Shown: positions 44,541 through 62,142 of the stretch, in pieces
Layout of the letters: every line of letters starts with the position of its first letter
Position numbering within the stretch: the stretch's first letter is position 1
Assembly: GCF_009914755.1 (NCBI RefSeq)
Contig: NC_060932.1
Reading direction: 5' to 3' (one strand)
Source: the human T2T-CHM13v2.0 reference genome, Homo sapiens
DNA length: 64,000 nucleotides
The notes under the pieces: generated by a model
Seen by the model: only the letters and a program-made list of their open reading frames with translations
What the model was told of the DNA's origin: nothing
Databases searched by the model: none
Translations under genes and position numbers: made by a program

Positions 44541-46069
44541 AAGCTATCTTGCCAAAAAAGTCTCTTGATATCTAATCTCAATATCTCATATTTAATTTTC
44601 AGCAAAATTGTACTAACCAATTTTATACACTTTAAAACTGAGCAAATTTATTCTTTTTTACAAAAAAAAAAAGCCTATTGTGAGTTTTCATAGACACTCT
44701 TAAAGAATTTATCTTAGCTCCTTTAAGTTTTTCTCATTCCTATATATCAGAGAATCCAAATTTTAGAGTATGTTTTTGTCTATTTTGTTATGTATGTTAA
44801 GTCTAGTTTAATCAGTAAAGTCAATCAAAAGCTACATTCTTCTAATTTTCCCTTTAACTTTGTTACCCCATTACTTGCCTTCAAATCCCATTAATATGTC
44901 TTCTTAAGATATAGACTCCATAGTCCACAAAGGAAAATAATTGTCATAAATCAGGAAGAATTCATAGAGTTGAGGTTTCACTTATGTCAACATAACCTCT
45001 ATTCTTGATCCCAATTCATTTCTCATCAGCCAAACTTCTCAGATTTTAGATATCAGCATTAAGTTCAGAGTACAGGTGCAAAGGGTCTTCCACAATCAAT
45101 CATACATTTTGAAATAATTTCCTAGTTTAGTCTGGCCGAATATACTGCTGACCTTCAGATCCATAACAAAAGAACCATTTGTTTAACCAAGATTTTGTCA
45201 GACAAGATGAAGGAATTAGCTGGAAGTCAAGAACATGACTTCTTTACTTATTAAGATTAGCAATACAAATATACAGAAGCCCAGCCAATCCACATATCAC
45301 TTACAAGACTTTGTTAAGAAAATCTATAGAAAACCAAGAAAGAATATAGGATACATATAACAATATATTTTATTTGTTCCGTTATATGACATTTGTGCTG
45401 CATCATGTTTAAGGTTTTCTATAAAAACACATTTTAATCTCTTTGCAGGAGAAATAAAGAAACATCATGACACCATTTGAAAAAATAAATTGACACTTAG
45501 ATTTGGCATATTTAGTCAGTTTTTAACTTCAATGCTTAGAAAGAATGGTGTTAATCTCTCTTTTCTTGTCACTGCATGCTATATAAGGAACAGCAAATTG
45601 CTTGTATAAAGTTCAAACTAAATATAAAATCGTTTTGTTCAGAACATGCCTTTACTCAGTGGTTAGGTGGCATTTTCTAAATGAGCCCTCTAAACAGTAT
45701 TGAAGAAATTTTCTCTAAAAGAACATTTTCTACCACTTGAAAGGTCATTTTATCTTGAGAATTTTTCTGTCATGCTTGTGAGTGCACTATCTACCTGCTG
45801 TAGGGCTTTTTGACCTCTACCAAAAAGAAATGGGCAAATTTAATTTCTTGATCGTAACTCACACGTGCTACTCTTCCTAAGAGTCACTGTTAATGTAAGG
45901 TCATTTTATGTGGAAAATGAGTTAAAAATTTGGGTATTAAATTGCTAGAAGAGCACTTTTGATCTCTACTTTCCATCCAATAGTCTTCTATTATAAGCAA
46001 GAATAATAAAGCAATGATGAAGAGGGCATGAAAAGCACAAGAAACCAAAATGGCAGCAAGCCCCTTGAG

Positions 46070-46245
46070 CAGTGGTTCTCAATTCCAACTGCACATCAGA
46101 ATCAGCTGGGGCATGCTGAAAAATACCAATGCCTGTGTCTCACTCCTAGAACTTTTGATTTAATTAGTCTGGGGTGGGGCCCAGGCAGTGGTATATTTAA
46201 AAGCTCCATAGTAATTCTAAAATGCAACCAGGTTTGGTACTCACT
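46070..46245. mobile_element. MER5-type hAT-Charlie MITE
   Basis: cagtggttctcaa..catcagaatca..ctggggtggggcccagg. Confidence 0.75.
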
Positions 46246-46537
46246 TTCTAAACTAGAAAAATTATCCTCCATTTTTTTCCTTGATCACTGAGATCTTTGA
46301 CAATTTGTTGAAAGCTCTGGCCATCTCCTCCCAAGTCATACCTTAAAGCCAGGGAGATTACGGACATCCACCTCTTAATCCTTATCCAATGATGCTTTTA
46401 AAAGAATTGGGCATATGCCCAAGTCTCCCAGTGAGAATCTATAGTTTAGGGGGAAAATTAAATGGTAAAAAAATATAATAGTAGTCTGGATCCAATCAGC
46501 TCTAGAACCATTCAGTGATTTAATTAGGGGAAGGTTA

Positions 46538-46866
<329 letters not shown>

Positions 46867-47026
46867 AAAAGAGTAACTGGAGATATAATGAAACTCTGTA
46901 TGGTATCCTAGGGCTGAGGGAGAGTACATAAGGAAGGATGAACATGGAAAGAGGATCCCTCCATAAGACTAGGGTACAGAATAAGGTTGAACCCACTGGA
47001 TAGCAGCAGTTTGCTAGTTTGCCAGA

Positions 47027-47411
47027 TGATGTGGTTTGGATTTGTGTCCCCACCTAAATCTCTTGTTGAATTTTAATTCACAATGTTGAAGGAGAGGTCT
47101 GGTAGGAGGTGACTGGATCATGGAGGTGAAGGTGAACTTCCCTCTTGCTGTTCTCATGATAGTGAGTTCTCACAAGATCTGGTTGTTTAAAAGTGTGTAA
47201 CACTTCCCCCTTCTCACTTTCCACCTTCTCCAGCCACATAAGATGTGCCTGCTTCCCCTTTGCCTTCCACCATAATTGTAAGTTTCCTGAGGCCTCCTCA
47301 GCCATGTTTCCTGTACAGCCTGCAGAACTGTGAATCAATTAAACCTCTTTTCTGTATAAATTACCCAGTTTCAGGTAGTTCTTTATAGCAATGTGAGAAC
47401 AGACTAATACA
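47027..47411 (+). mobile_element. MSTA-like solo LTR
   Basis: tgatgtggtttggat ... agactaataca; TSD ccaga. Confidence 0.88.
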
Positions 47412-47812
47412 CCAGACTATAGCTGATCTGTTGTTATGGAACAGAAAGCAAGCAACACTCCAGGAAGCAGGAAAGATGGAGGAGTCACAGCTGGTGATTG
47501 AAGTGTCAGTGGAGTGGAGGCTCCAACTTGGCTGGAAACCTAGAGAACAGGATGTCCATATGGGAAGGGCTGAAAAGGGAGATCCCTAGGATACTCTGGG
47601 GCTGCAAGGTCAATGTGTATTCTGGCCGTGTGGCTATGGCGGAACTCCACTAGATGTCCCCGCACCCACACCACCAGCCAACCATATTGCATCAAGACAC
47701 CATAAGCAAAGGCTTTTTTCATGCAATGTCCCTCTAGCATCTTCTTCTAAGAAAGCTTAACACTCTGTTTAGTTTTAAGAAGAAATGCATAAAGGAATTA
47801 CGCAATCTATTA

Positions 47813-48324
47813 TGACCAAGAAGGCCTTAACATTCCCCGCAGCTTCACTAAACTTTCAATAGATTTCTTCTGGACTCTAGATATCTGACTTCCCTCTTTT
47901 TAGAGCATTTCCTTTAGAAAACTTGCAGTTGTAAATTCTTTCTCTGCTCCTTTGAGATGTAAATCTTCTCTGGGCTTTTGCCAGTTTCACAACACAGGAC
48001 TGTCTTTCTCAGGGACCTGGGCACCATTCCTTTGATATGTACTCATCAGGAGAAATAGCACAGCACCCATAATTCTCAGTCCTTATGGGAAGGAAAGATC
48101 CTAACTTCTCTAAGTGTAAATTAGCATATATGTGTGACGTAATCACATTGACAAGCTTCCCCCTAACTTTTCCTCCAGTACTTTTCCACCAGCTCATTCC
48201 AGCACTTAAACTCTCCCAGTTTTTGTATCTACGGAGTTCAGCTCAAGGTCCGTATCCTATTGCAGTATTCTTGAATAAAGTCTTCCTTGCCTGCTTAACA
48301 TGTCCTGTTTAAAATTTTTTGAGA
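47813..48324 (+). mobile_element. ERV1 solo LTR, MER67-like
   Basis: tttagaaaacttgcagttgtaaattctttctctg..gagatgtaaatc; 3' ttgaataaagtcttccttgcctg. Confidence 0.62.
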
Positions 48325-48621
48325 ACTATTGCAGAGCATATATTAAAACAAAAATTTGAACCTCAGAGGCAGTAAATTGAAAACTGACACAAATGCTTTC
48401 CTTGTGTTTATTTAAAACACATGACACAAAACTGACCATTTTTATCATTGATTAAAATGTACTGAGTTGTAGTGTTTGAAGAAACATTTCCAAAGAGGAC
48501 TTGATCATTTGAAAGCATAGAAGAAAAAGAGAATTTGACATCAATACAGTAAACACTAAGGAAAATTATGAATGATAGAAGGTTTGGCAGTTTTTTTCCT
48601 TCTCCATTTTGACATTTCTTC

Positions 48622-48978
48622 TGTTATGGTCTGAATGTTCGTGCCCTCCGAATTCACATGTTAAAATCCTAATCCTCAAGATGATATTAGGAAGTAGAGC
48701 CTTTTGAGGAGGTGGTTACGTCTTACGGCGAAGCCCTCATGAATGGGATCATTGCCCTGTAAAAGAGGTCTCAGACAGAGCTGCCTTGCCCTTTCCACCA
48801 TGTGAGTACCCAGTGAGAAGGTGTCATTTATGAGGAAGTGGGCCTTCACCAGACACTAAATCTCTTGTCACCTTGATCTTTGACTTTCCAGCCTCCAGAA
48901 CTGTGATAAATAAATTTCTGTTGTTTATAAGCCACCCAGTCTGTGGTATTTGTTATAGCAGCCTGAATGGACTAAGAT
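48622..48978 (+). mobile_element. MLT1A0-like LTR
   Basis: tgttatggtctgaatgtt ... gcagcctgaatggactaaga. Confidence 0.83.
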
Positions 48979-51399
48979 GTTTCCTCACCAAAAGTTTTTT
49001 CTTTCTTTTTTTCTTACTGCAAAAAAAAGTCTTTATTCCGCCAGTTTTTGTAGTTTCCCTCTTGATTTTTCTTTCACTTTTTTTCCCTTCTTTGCTCTCA
49101 GTCAAATCCTATCTGCTCCATGTGCCATTCCATCAGGACCTCACTAATTGGCTATGCTATTTTTACCCAGGTGTTAATAGCTAAAATAATTATTTTCCTA
49201 TTGGCATAAAAATTTTAATTTGGTGCATTGCCTTAATGCAAAAAACTGACTATGATGGACATTTCAGACACTAATGAATGAAGCATTTGGGGGCAAGGAA
49301 ACATATTCAGCAGTTTTAGAATAAAATCATTAACTATATGCTTTCTTAAGGGGATGCCAAGCATTAAGTTCTAAACCAAGCTTAAAGATGAAAAGAGAAA
49401 TAATCAAGTCTCACTTCCTAAATGCCTATAAAATTCTTACCAAATGTTTCTTCTGGATTCCCTGTAGTTGTCAAAACAATTATGTGGGACCTTACATTAT
49501 ATAAAAAACATAATATTTTATTTGTAAAATATTATAAAAATATATTTTATTTATAATATTTATACATATAATATTTTTATATAATAATTATGTGGGACCT
49601 TCACATTATATAAAAAATCATCAACCTACAACCTTATGGAGCCACCTACACTGAAGCAATGAATGTTTGTTTTAAAGCTAAGTGTGAGTTGGGACATTCA
49701 AGTTGTGCCTGTGTGCAGGTGAGCTGAATGGAGCCAATTTGAAATTTGACCAACAGTGGAAATGTTCTCAGAACGTGCTGTAGCAGGCCTTTCAAATGTG
49801 ACATAGAGGTTATTAAGCCTCTATAACATCAAGAGCAAAATCCATACCAGACTAAAGAGTAAACCATAAGAACTTCCCCTATTTCACCCCAGCAAACTGC
49901 CACCTAAAGCTGCTCCAGGTGAAGAGGTATGTGCTCCTCCGTTAATTCTAAGAAAAATGACTCTACAGATTCCAATACATCAGCACACATAATTTTTATT
50001 ATTTCTTTTTTGGATTCCATTCAGACCTGATACAAGTAAGGAGTAATCCTTGAAGATAACCCTTGCCATAAGGCCTCTAAATAAATGAGTGAATGGATGA
50101 GACATTTTATTTTAGCAAAAGCCTTATTGAAGAGTCATTTAACAAGATCCTTCTGCATATCTTCAATATACTTTTACTTCAGGTTTAAGCAATTCCATAT
50201 AATATAGGGAGATAGGTTTCTGGAAGTAACTTCTTTGTTTTGTGGAACTTGATCTCATGTTTTGATTACCCCAACTCTTTCATTTTCTTCAACATTCACA
50301 ACCTCCATAATAAGCAAAGAACATCTTTATTAGAGATGTCTATTGTGAAAAATTATGAAATGCTTTGGAACAGGGAAAAATACTACTGGGTGTCCTGTAT
50401 AGCTCACTCTTTCAGGTTTTCTCAAAATGTCATTGTTTTTTAGCTAATTTTCAACTCTGTCAGTCATAGAAAACATAATGTAAATAATTATCATCTTTAG
50501 AAATGCAAAATAATAATGTTTGAGGGAGTGCAATTTATGACTGCCTATAGATAGGCTAGCTTTGCATCTGAATGTAAATTCATATCAATATTCATTATTG
50601 TCTAAATATATGTGGTCTTTAAATTCTACCTTTGAACAGCTGTATCTTATTACTTCTTTCATTAATAAATTAAGACTTTTGATATATGTTAATTCTATAT
50701 TTGTTAGATTATGATTTTACCTTTGAATAAATTTATTTTTAATATCCTTTTGCATTTTTCTACAGTCCATTCTCAAGCACTTTGGTGCTATTAATCCTTT
50801 AAATGATTCACTCCACTACACCACCACCTTCCCAAAGTACCAAAAGGGAGTGCCGCTAGATTTCACCTTGGGAAGGGGGGTGTGTGGTCACAAGAGTTAA
50901 GATGTCAGGTAAAATCCCTATGTGTCAAGGGGAAAAAAAAATAGTTTGATCCCTCAGGGTAGATTATCAAAAAGGAAATCAAGACTTCTCTGCCTTTAAT
51001 TACTTTACCAATGAGTCTTTTTTATTACCTTTATTTCATTTTTACCCTCTAACAAGTAGAGAAAGAGGGGATATTCAGATATATAAATATGGCAAATAAG
51101 CTGACAGGGTTGTCCATGTCAATTAAGAGTCATAAGACATTTGTGAGGGAGACAATCAGTTCTAAATCCAAGTCTGCGAGCTATCATTTAAAACTTTTAC
51201 TTTAACTATCTAGGTGAAATTCAAGCTAATTTTCTAGAATAGCTCTTTGTTTCTAAGTTTGGGGTTCTATTATGCCGTCTTAAATTTATTTTTATGAAAG
51301 GAAAATAATGTGGTATTTGTACCCTATAATTTTTAAATTAAATGTTTTAAAAATGTTTTGAAAATCAAATAAAAAATCTTTAAGATTTAAAAATAAAAT

Positions 51400-52520
<1,121 letters not shown>

Positions 52521-52559
52521 TCTTTACTAGTGGTGAGCATCAGTAAGCATCTCTGCTTA

Positions 52560-55500
52560 CTGGCCTTTAATGCTCTTATAAGAAGATGGCCATATAAACA
52601 CACAGACAGGTAGACTGCATGATGACAAAGGGGGTGATCAGAAGTATGCAGCTGCAAGCCAAGGAATTCCAAATATTGACAGAAAACCACAAAAAGCTAA
52701 GAAGAATCAAAGAAGGATTCCTCTATCATTTTCAGAAAAAGCATGGCCCTGCTGATACCTTGATTTAGGACTTCTAACTTCCAGAACTGTGAGAGAATAA
52801 ATTTCTGTTGTTTTAAGCTGCTTTCAAGTTTGTGTTACTTTACTACAGCAGTGATAGGAGACTTACACAGATTTTGGTACCTGAAGGTGAGGTGGTATGA
52901 AAAAGATACCTATAAATTTAAGTTTGTTTCCACAATGTTGCAGTGGAATTAGATAATAGGAAGAGCCTAGAAGAGTTTTAAGTCACATGGTAGATAAAGC
53001 TTATATTGCTTTATAGGAGACTATTGGCAAAAATATGGATATTAAATGTGATTCTAGTGAGTGCTCAGGAAAAAAGGGAACTGTAGAGATAGCTATTATC
53101 ATTTTAAAGAAGACATATGTCAAGAAGAGAATATTGCTACAAATATGAAAGTTGCAGGTGCTTTTGATGAGGCCTCAAATGAAAATAAGGGACATGCTAT
53201 TGGAAAATGGAGGAAATAAAATGCTTGTTATAAAATGACAGAGAACTTGGCTGAATTATCTTCTATTGCTGGAAGTGATAAATTAGAATATTTAGTTGAG
53301 ATTATTAAGCAAAGTGGAAGATGCAGATAGGTTGTTCTTTGCTGCTAACAGGAAAATGATAGAAAAACAAGATTAATTAAATAATGAATTATTAAGCAAA
53401 AGGAACCAGAATATGAATACTTGAAAAATTCTCAGGTCATTCATATTGCAAAAAATAAGAAAGTATGCTATGGAGAGCTGGACAACCATTTGCTAAAGAG
53501 ATTAGGCATTTGACCTATGGATCCAATCAACCACATTAGCAGAAATGTTACTTGCTTAAACTACAACAACTGAGATAGGACCAAATAAGACTATCTGACA
53601 AGACCCAACTGTGTAATATCTATAAGAAACTTACTTATTTCACCTGTGAAGGCACACAGAGACTGAAAGTGAAGGAACAAAAAAAGATATTCCACACAAA
53701 TGGAAACCAAAAATGAGCAGGAGTTGCCATACTTATATCAGACAAAATAGACTTTAAGTCAAAAAACATAAAAAGAGACAAAGAAGGTCATTATATAATG
53801 ATAAGTTGTTGATCAATTCAGTAAGAGGATATAACAATTGTAAATATAAATGCACCCAACCCTGTAGCACCCAAATATATAGAGCAAATATTATTAGGGC
53901 TAACGAGAAAGATAGACCCCAATGCAATAATAGTTGGTGACTTCAATGCCTCATGTTCAGCACTGGACAGATTATCTAGACAGACAACAGACAAAGAAAC
54001 ATCAGATTTCAACTACACTACAAACCAAATGTATCTAACAGACATTTGCAGAACATTTCATCCAACAGTCACAGCATACACATTATTCTTATCAGCACAT
54101 GGAACATTCTCCAGGATAGACAATATATGAAACCATAAAACAAGTCTCAAAAACTATTTTTAAAAATCAAAATCATGTAAAGACCATACCACAAAAAATA
54201 ATAAACTAGAAATCAATAACAAGAGGAACTTTGGAAACTGTACAAATACATCAAAATTAGGTAACATTTTTCTGAACGACCATTGAGTCAATGAAAAAAT
54301 TAAAAAAACAAAAAAATTTAGAAACAAATAAAAATGGAAAGACAATATACCTATGTGCCCAGCAAAACCTATGGGCCCAGCAAAAACAGTACTAAGAGAG
54401 AAGTATATAGCAATAGTTGCCTGGGCTGGAGAGAATATGGGAAAAAATGGGATGAAGAGAGGTTAGTTAATGGGCACAGAAATATGATAGGACAGAAGGA
54501 ATATGCTCTAGTGTTTGATAGTACAATAGGATAAATGTAACTATTAATAGTTTATGGTATATTTCAAAATAGCTAGAAATGAAGATTTTGGATATTCTTA
54601 ACACAAAGAAATGATAAATGTTTGAGGTGATGAATATACCAATATCCCTGATTTTATCATTACATATTATATGCATGTATCGAAGATCACATGTACCCCA
54701 TAAATATGCACAATTATTACATATCAATTAAAAGGAAAAATATACATAGAATTACCATTTGATCCAGCAATTCCACTTCTGCATATATACCCAGGAGAAT
54801 TGAAAGCAGGATCTCAAACAGATACTTGTCTATCTCTATTCAGAGCAGCATTATTCACAATAGCTAAAATGTGGAAGCAATTGAAGTGTCCATCAGATGA
54901 ATGGGTAAGCAAAATGTGGTATATACATAAAATGCAATATATTCAACCTTAAAAAGTAAAGAAATTTTGGCACATGCTGCAACATGGATAAATCTTGAGG
55001 ACATTATGTTAAGTGAAGTAAGCCTGTCAGAAAAACAAAAATACTATACTATTCCACTTAAATGAGGTATCTAGAATGGTCAAAACCATAGAGACAGTAG
55101 TATGGTGGTTGTCAGGGGTTGAGAGAAGGGAGGATTGGAGATTTAGTGCTTAAGTATAGAGTTTCAGTTTGCAAGATGAAAAGCATTATAGAGATGGATG
55201 GTGTCAACGGTTGTACAATATGCAGATACTTCACACCACTGAACTGTACATTTAAAAATGGTTAAGATGCTAAATTTTATGTTATGTGTATTTTGCCACA
55301 ATAAAAAAACAGAAAACAATTTTTAAAAGAAAGGAGGAAGAGGAAGAAGAAGAAGGAGGAGGAGGAGGAGAAGGAAACCGACTTCTGTGTCATTTGGGAT
55401 TCTACAGGCAGGAAATGGACCAATAGAACTACTTAGCCCCAAACAAGTGTTATCCTTCAAGAAAAAGGACGAATGTGCCAGGAGGATTACTGCTTTCACC

Positions 55501-55910
55501 ACAGGCCCAGAAAGCACAAGCTCAGGGATCAGGGCTGCCATGCCCGTGGTCCCAGAGGCTGGGCCTACCTCCTCCATCCAGGCTAAGGGTGGGGGCTGCC
55601 TCCCAGTGTACTCAGAGGATACCGTATCAGTCACAGATTATTCCCAAACCTTGAAATCTACTGGGATTTGCCCTGCTACATTTGAGACTTGCTTGGGACT
55701 CATCATCCTCTTTTCCTTGCGATTTCAAATGGGAATGTCTATCCTACACCTGTTCCACCATTATATTTTGGAGGGAGATAATTTGTCAGGCTTCACAGGT
55801 TCACAGAGTAGAGAGAAATTTTGCCCCAGAACAAATCATACCCCAAGTCTAACTTATACTTGATTTAGGTAACAGATGAGATTTTGAACTTAGAGTTAAT
55901 GATAGCATGA
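52560..55910 (+). mobile_element. MLT1 LTR plus internal sequence interrupted by L1 fragments
   Basis: LTR part ~52560-52870, then gattttggtacc (MaLR int start) to ~53580; L1 EN relic and L1MA/L1MB 3' ends at ~53590-55320; MLT-int-like sequence resumes at ~55380-55910. Confidence 0.62.
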
Positions 55911-56984
55911 AGCTCATAATACAAAACTAAAACACAAAATGAGAAAGGCAACAATTAGTGAGAGTCGCAGAAATTCCATTATTTCACGAAGTAATAAAGA
56001 ATATAAAATCAATTTGTTTAAAATGAGAAAAAATAAACAGTGACATCAAAAGATAATAAGGCAATCCTAATAACAAAAATATCTTATATGACTACAATAA
56101 AATAAAATTCATGACTAAATTTTTAAAACAAAGAAAACACACCTTTCAAACTTTAGAAAATACATTCCTATATATGCATGAGTGATAGAATAATTTATAA
56201 TAAAATTTGATTAAAAATTTATATAAACAATAATTAAAATGCCACATAGCAAAATTCATGGGATAAAACAAAAGCAGCATTTGGAGGGAAATGCTTATTT
56301 TGGAGAAGAAATAACCAAATAATAAAGTGTTAAGCCTTCTAACTTACAACTTAGAGAAATAATAATTGTCTATATATGTGAGACAAGTCTCTCAATAAGT
56401 ATGGCAAAAAATATAAATGCAAACGTAAAATGATTGGAAAGGTAAAAGAGACACTACTCACAACATTATTATTGTGCATTTGTGCCTCCCAGAATCTAAA
56501 ACATCTTATTATGTTTTAGAAAGACCAATATTTAATGAATAATTGTGCTTACATGTATCTAGGTATTAGCAATAGATATTTTTATAATATGTCCATTAAA
56601 AATATACTGTCTATGATACATCAAAATTGAAAAGCACATCATGCTCAGTTTCCTAAAAATAAGGTGTCTAAGGCTTTAAATCAAAATGTAAAATTTATTT
56701 CAAAAACATTAAAGGTCTACATAAGCCATATTCAGAATAAAATGACAAAATAGGTCAATTTTTCCAAATGAATTTATAAATTTAATGAAATTCTAATCAT
56801 CTCAAAAAGGTGGTGGTTCTTAGTGAATTAATATTTGATAAGTGATGCTGATGTAACTTTATCTAAATGGAAAATATATAAATAAGGAATCATAGATCGT
56901 GAGGTACTAAAAAATAAGTCACATATTAAAGACAAATATGAAAAAGAGTAGTTATACAAACTTAAAAAGAAAATATGATAAAAT

Positions 56985-57363
<379 letters not shown>

Positions 57364-57894
57364 TTAAAAACACAATTCCATAGGAAGGAGCTGATAAAAA
57401 GCACACAGTACTAAAATTAAAATTCTCTGTACAGCATCAGACATCCATAAAAAGAAGAGACAAGCTACATAATGGGAGATAATATCTGTCATGAATATAC
57501 TAACATGGGATTAACAACCACAATATATTTTAAGAAGAAACTTTCACAGAGGACAAAAATAAATAAATAAGAAAGATCAACAATGGAAAAACAAAACAGG
57601 TAATGGAAATGGGAAAGTGTCATAGGAAGAGAAACGTTATCTCCTATGAAAAAGATGCTTGGCCTCCTAATATTTTGGGAAATGCAGTCACAAGACACAG
57701 TGAAATGTCATTTCTCACACATAGATTGGCCAATGATGTAAAAATTCTGATGATACCAAAAAAAGTATTCCTAACATTAATGGTAATAGAAAAATGCTGA
57801 AACAAATAGATAAATAAATATTGTTATATTTGAGACAATTGCATCCTATAGGGTAATAAAAATATATGAACTAGAGCTATATGTGACCACATAA

Positions 57895-58206
<312 letters not shown>

Positions 58207-60888
58207 GACCACATAATCTTACAAATTTATCTTTGAGGAATATTGGCAACTTATAAAATGGATACAGACAGTATGTCACTTTATATAAGATGAATGCACA
58301 TGAAAAGTCTGTCTCTATAGCATATATTAATACAATTATATGTAGCAAAAGTGTAAAGAATGCAAGAGGATAATAATCATAAATTCACTGTAATAATTAC
58401 CTGTACAGGGGAGAAGGAAGAAAACAAAAGTTAAGACACAAAATGAGGGATAGAGGGGTTTCAGTTCTTTCTTTGGTTTCCAAGTGCCTATAATATTACA
58501 TGTTTTGAGGACTGCTGCTTTCCACAAGATTCCAATATCCTCTTCTTCCATAGAGTAGAATTTAAGCTAGTCATATGGCTAGACTACATTAAACAATTCC
58601 TTGCAGTAAGGTGTAGACCTGTAACTTAGGCATAGCCAATAGAATGATGTATATCAGTTTCTGGCCTAAGCATTAAGAATGCAGATATGTTCCCACATTC
58701 CTCATCTCCTTTCTTTTTCCAGTGGGATTTAATTAACATGTGGTATTAACCCAACTTCAATACCAATCTTTAGATGGAGATAGTGGAGACACAAAATCAG
58801 GGAATTTGAGGACCTTCTGAATGATTGTAGGGAGAAGTCTATTATTTTACAACAGCTGCTTTGCAACAGTAATATTAGTAGTAACACAAGATGATGAAAC
58901 AAACTTCTACCTTGTTTATATCATTAATTTTTGTGTCTATTTATTACAACTGTTTATGTTTAGCTAATATTATGAATTTTATGTCTAAAATATTCTATAA
59001 TATAAAATGAGAAAGAGCTTAGCACATCTGCTATTCTGTTCTCAATGTCTTAAGTAATTTAATGCATTAAGCTTTAAAAATCCAAAATGTATAAAAAGAA
59101 CATATAATAAAATAATTTTGTTTGTGATATGTACAGAATTTCTATAAAGTATATAAATGATTAACATTTTTTATGTATTAGCCATGAAGGTGAAAACAAA
59201 TTTTAAAACCTACCAGAGATATGAAACATAACTTATTTCTAACTTATCTGACATTCCTCTCCATTAATCTCTCAGTGAAATAATAGATATAATTTTATAA
59301 ATTAAACTGAACATAATTGCTTTGTTAAAAATAAATGCTAACAGACTTTAGAAATTACTGCTTCCAATTAGCAGCACGTATTTTCATTGAACAATGCAAT
59401 TTATTCTACCTTTTATAAAACTGTAAAAAGAATACTTAGCAACATTGTTTTCCCGTGTTAGTCCAAAAAAAGTGATGTAGATGTCTTTTTCCTCTAATAT
59501 TACTTCTATACCTTTCTTTTGGAAATGTCCATGTTTCCATTATTTGTGACTCTGTTTTCTGACTATCAAGAGGTCCCACCACCAGTGCTGTAAATGTGGG
59601 GAACTGTCTAAGGCTAAGCCTAAACATAGTGACTTTTTTCAGATGTGGGCAAATAATCTATGAAAAATTGATGTTTATTTCAGGAACTTTATATGAACAC
59701 TGAAAGAAGGTGCTTTACTAATTCTTTGAGAACAGCTATAAGGAATGTATTGTATATATTGTATCCATCAGTATCCTTTCAGGAGAACAGAAGCTATCTT
59801 CATCTTTTTAAGCAGAACTGGCTCTAGGACAGGTTATTAGAGGTTTACACAGCCTTTGGAATAGCCTGAAGTAAAGGTTAAGAGGCCATTGCCAGGTCTC
59901 AGTAAAATTAGAAGTGCAGGATTTACAAGCAAGCATTCCAGTGATTTCAAATGCTGGCAGCAATAATATGGATGATTCTAACAGAATTTCAGGAAGTTAA
60001 AACTCATGTCTTAGACTGTTTCTCCTCACACAGCTGGCCACAGGTATGTGTTTTCTTTCTCTTAGTCTTTCCAACCTTTCCAAAAATATGCTACTAACTG
60101 CAACCTAACAGGAAAATTTGCTGAGAAGGAGCTAAGGAAAGTGTAGTTCCCAGATATCATCCTTATGATGTGGTAGAGAGTATGGAAGGCAACAGGAATG
60201 ATGCTGCTGTAGCAACAGGAAATCTGTTACACAGAATTGGCCTACACCCATCTAGCTTCCATGGAGAGGAAGCCTGCCTGCAAGTGTATGTCATTAGAGT
60301 CATACAGAGCTGAGACATAGAATTCTAATAATATTTTTCAGCCCTGTGACTCAGCCATCTCTTAGATTACCAACTTATGTATACCAATTTGTCCTTTTAT
60401 TTCATTAGTTGTTGTGCATGTGTTGAGTTTCTGTCTGTAAAAACCAAGAGAGTCCCACACAATGCAAACAGAAATAGAACAGTGTAGTGGACTATGAATT
60501 TAATATCTTCTTCCTTTGAGTATGGGCAGATAATGCCTAACAAATGAATGGTGTTTTTGTTAGCTAGAGCCACCAAAAAAAAAAAAAACCATAGACTTGG
60601 TGGCTAAAACAACAGAAATTTATTTTTGCACAGTTCTGAAGTTCTAGAAGTTTGAGATCAGGATGTCAGCATGGTTGAATTTTGATGAGGGCCATCCTCC
60701 TGACTTATAGACAGCTGACATCTCACTGTGTGCACACATGGCCTTTCTTCTGTGCATGTGTGTGGGAAGAAAGAGAGACAGCAAGCTCTGTTATGTATCT
60801 TCTTATAAGGGCACCAATTCTATTATAATGGCACCACCTTCATGAAGTAATCTAAAACTAATTATCTCTCAAAGGTCTCTCAAAATTA

Positions 60889-61375
60889 ACAAAGGTTAAT
60901 TTTGTGTTTCAACTTGTCTTGGCCATATGGTGCCCAGATAGTTGGTTAAACATTATTTCTGGTTGTATTTCTTACAGTGTTTCCAGAAGAGATTAGCATT
61001 TGAATTGGTAGACTTAGTAAAGCAGATTGTCTTCCCCCATGTGGGTTGGCATCATCAAATCTGTTGAGGGCCTGAAAAGAAGAAAAAGGTTGGGCAAGGT
61101 GGAATTTGCTCTCTCTGCCTGACTCCTGGAAGCTGAACATCAATCTTCTCTTGCACTTAGGTTGAACTTACATGATTGGCTTTCCTGGATCTCAGACCTT
61201 CAGACTCGGAATGGAGTTGACCTGGAACTACACTACCAGCTCTCCTGGGTCTCCAGCTTGCAGACAGTAGCTTGTAGGGCTTCTCAGCCTTCATAATCAC
61301 ATAAGCAAATTTCTTATTCTCTATACATATATACTCCTATTGGTTCTGTTTTTCTGGAGAACTTTGGCTAATGCA
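60889..61375 (+). mobile_element. MLT2-like (ERVL) LTR nested in the MLT1A LTR
   Basis: ggttaattttgtgtttcaacttg..gagattagcatttgaattggtagact..cctattggttctgtttttctggagaac. Confidence 0.8.
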
Positions 61376-61751
61376 AGCCCTATCTCCAAATGCCATCATT
61401 TTGGGTATTAGGGCTTCCACATATGAATTTTAGGGGATACAATTTCATTCATACCATTCCACCAATAGCCCTGCAAAATTTATGTTCTTCTCACATGCAC
61501 AATACATTCATTCCATCCCCAGAGCCCTAAAAGTCTTAACTCATTTCAGGATCAACTCTCAAATCTAAAGTCCAAGGTCTTATCTAAATAGATCCACACC
61601 AGTTGGGTGAGACATGAGGTACAATTCATCCTGAGGAAAAACTGCCTCCTCAGCTGTGAAACTGTGAAACCAGAACCTGTGAATTCCAAAATACCATGCT
61701 GGACAAGCAAAGAATAGACATTTCCATTCCAAAAGGGATAAATGGAAATAG

Positions 61752-62142
<391 letters not shown>

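Noticed and set aside
50820-50890. ccttcccaa..ttgggaagg inverted repeat and a possible CTCF-like motif
   Set aside because: 9-bp stem with a long loop and a poor motif match; not supportable.
55323-55863. 158-aa and 103-aa ORFs
   Set aside because: They overlap MLT-int-like sequence and a GA-rich simple repeat; no recognisable domain.
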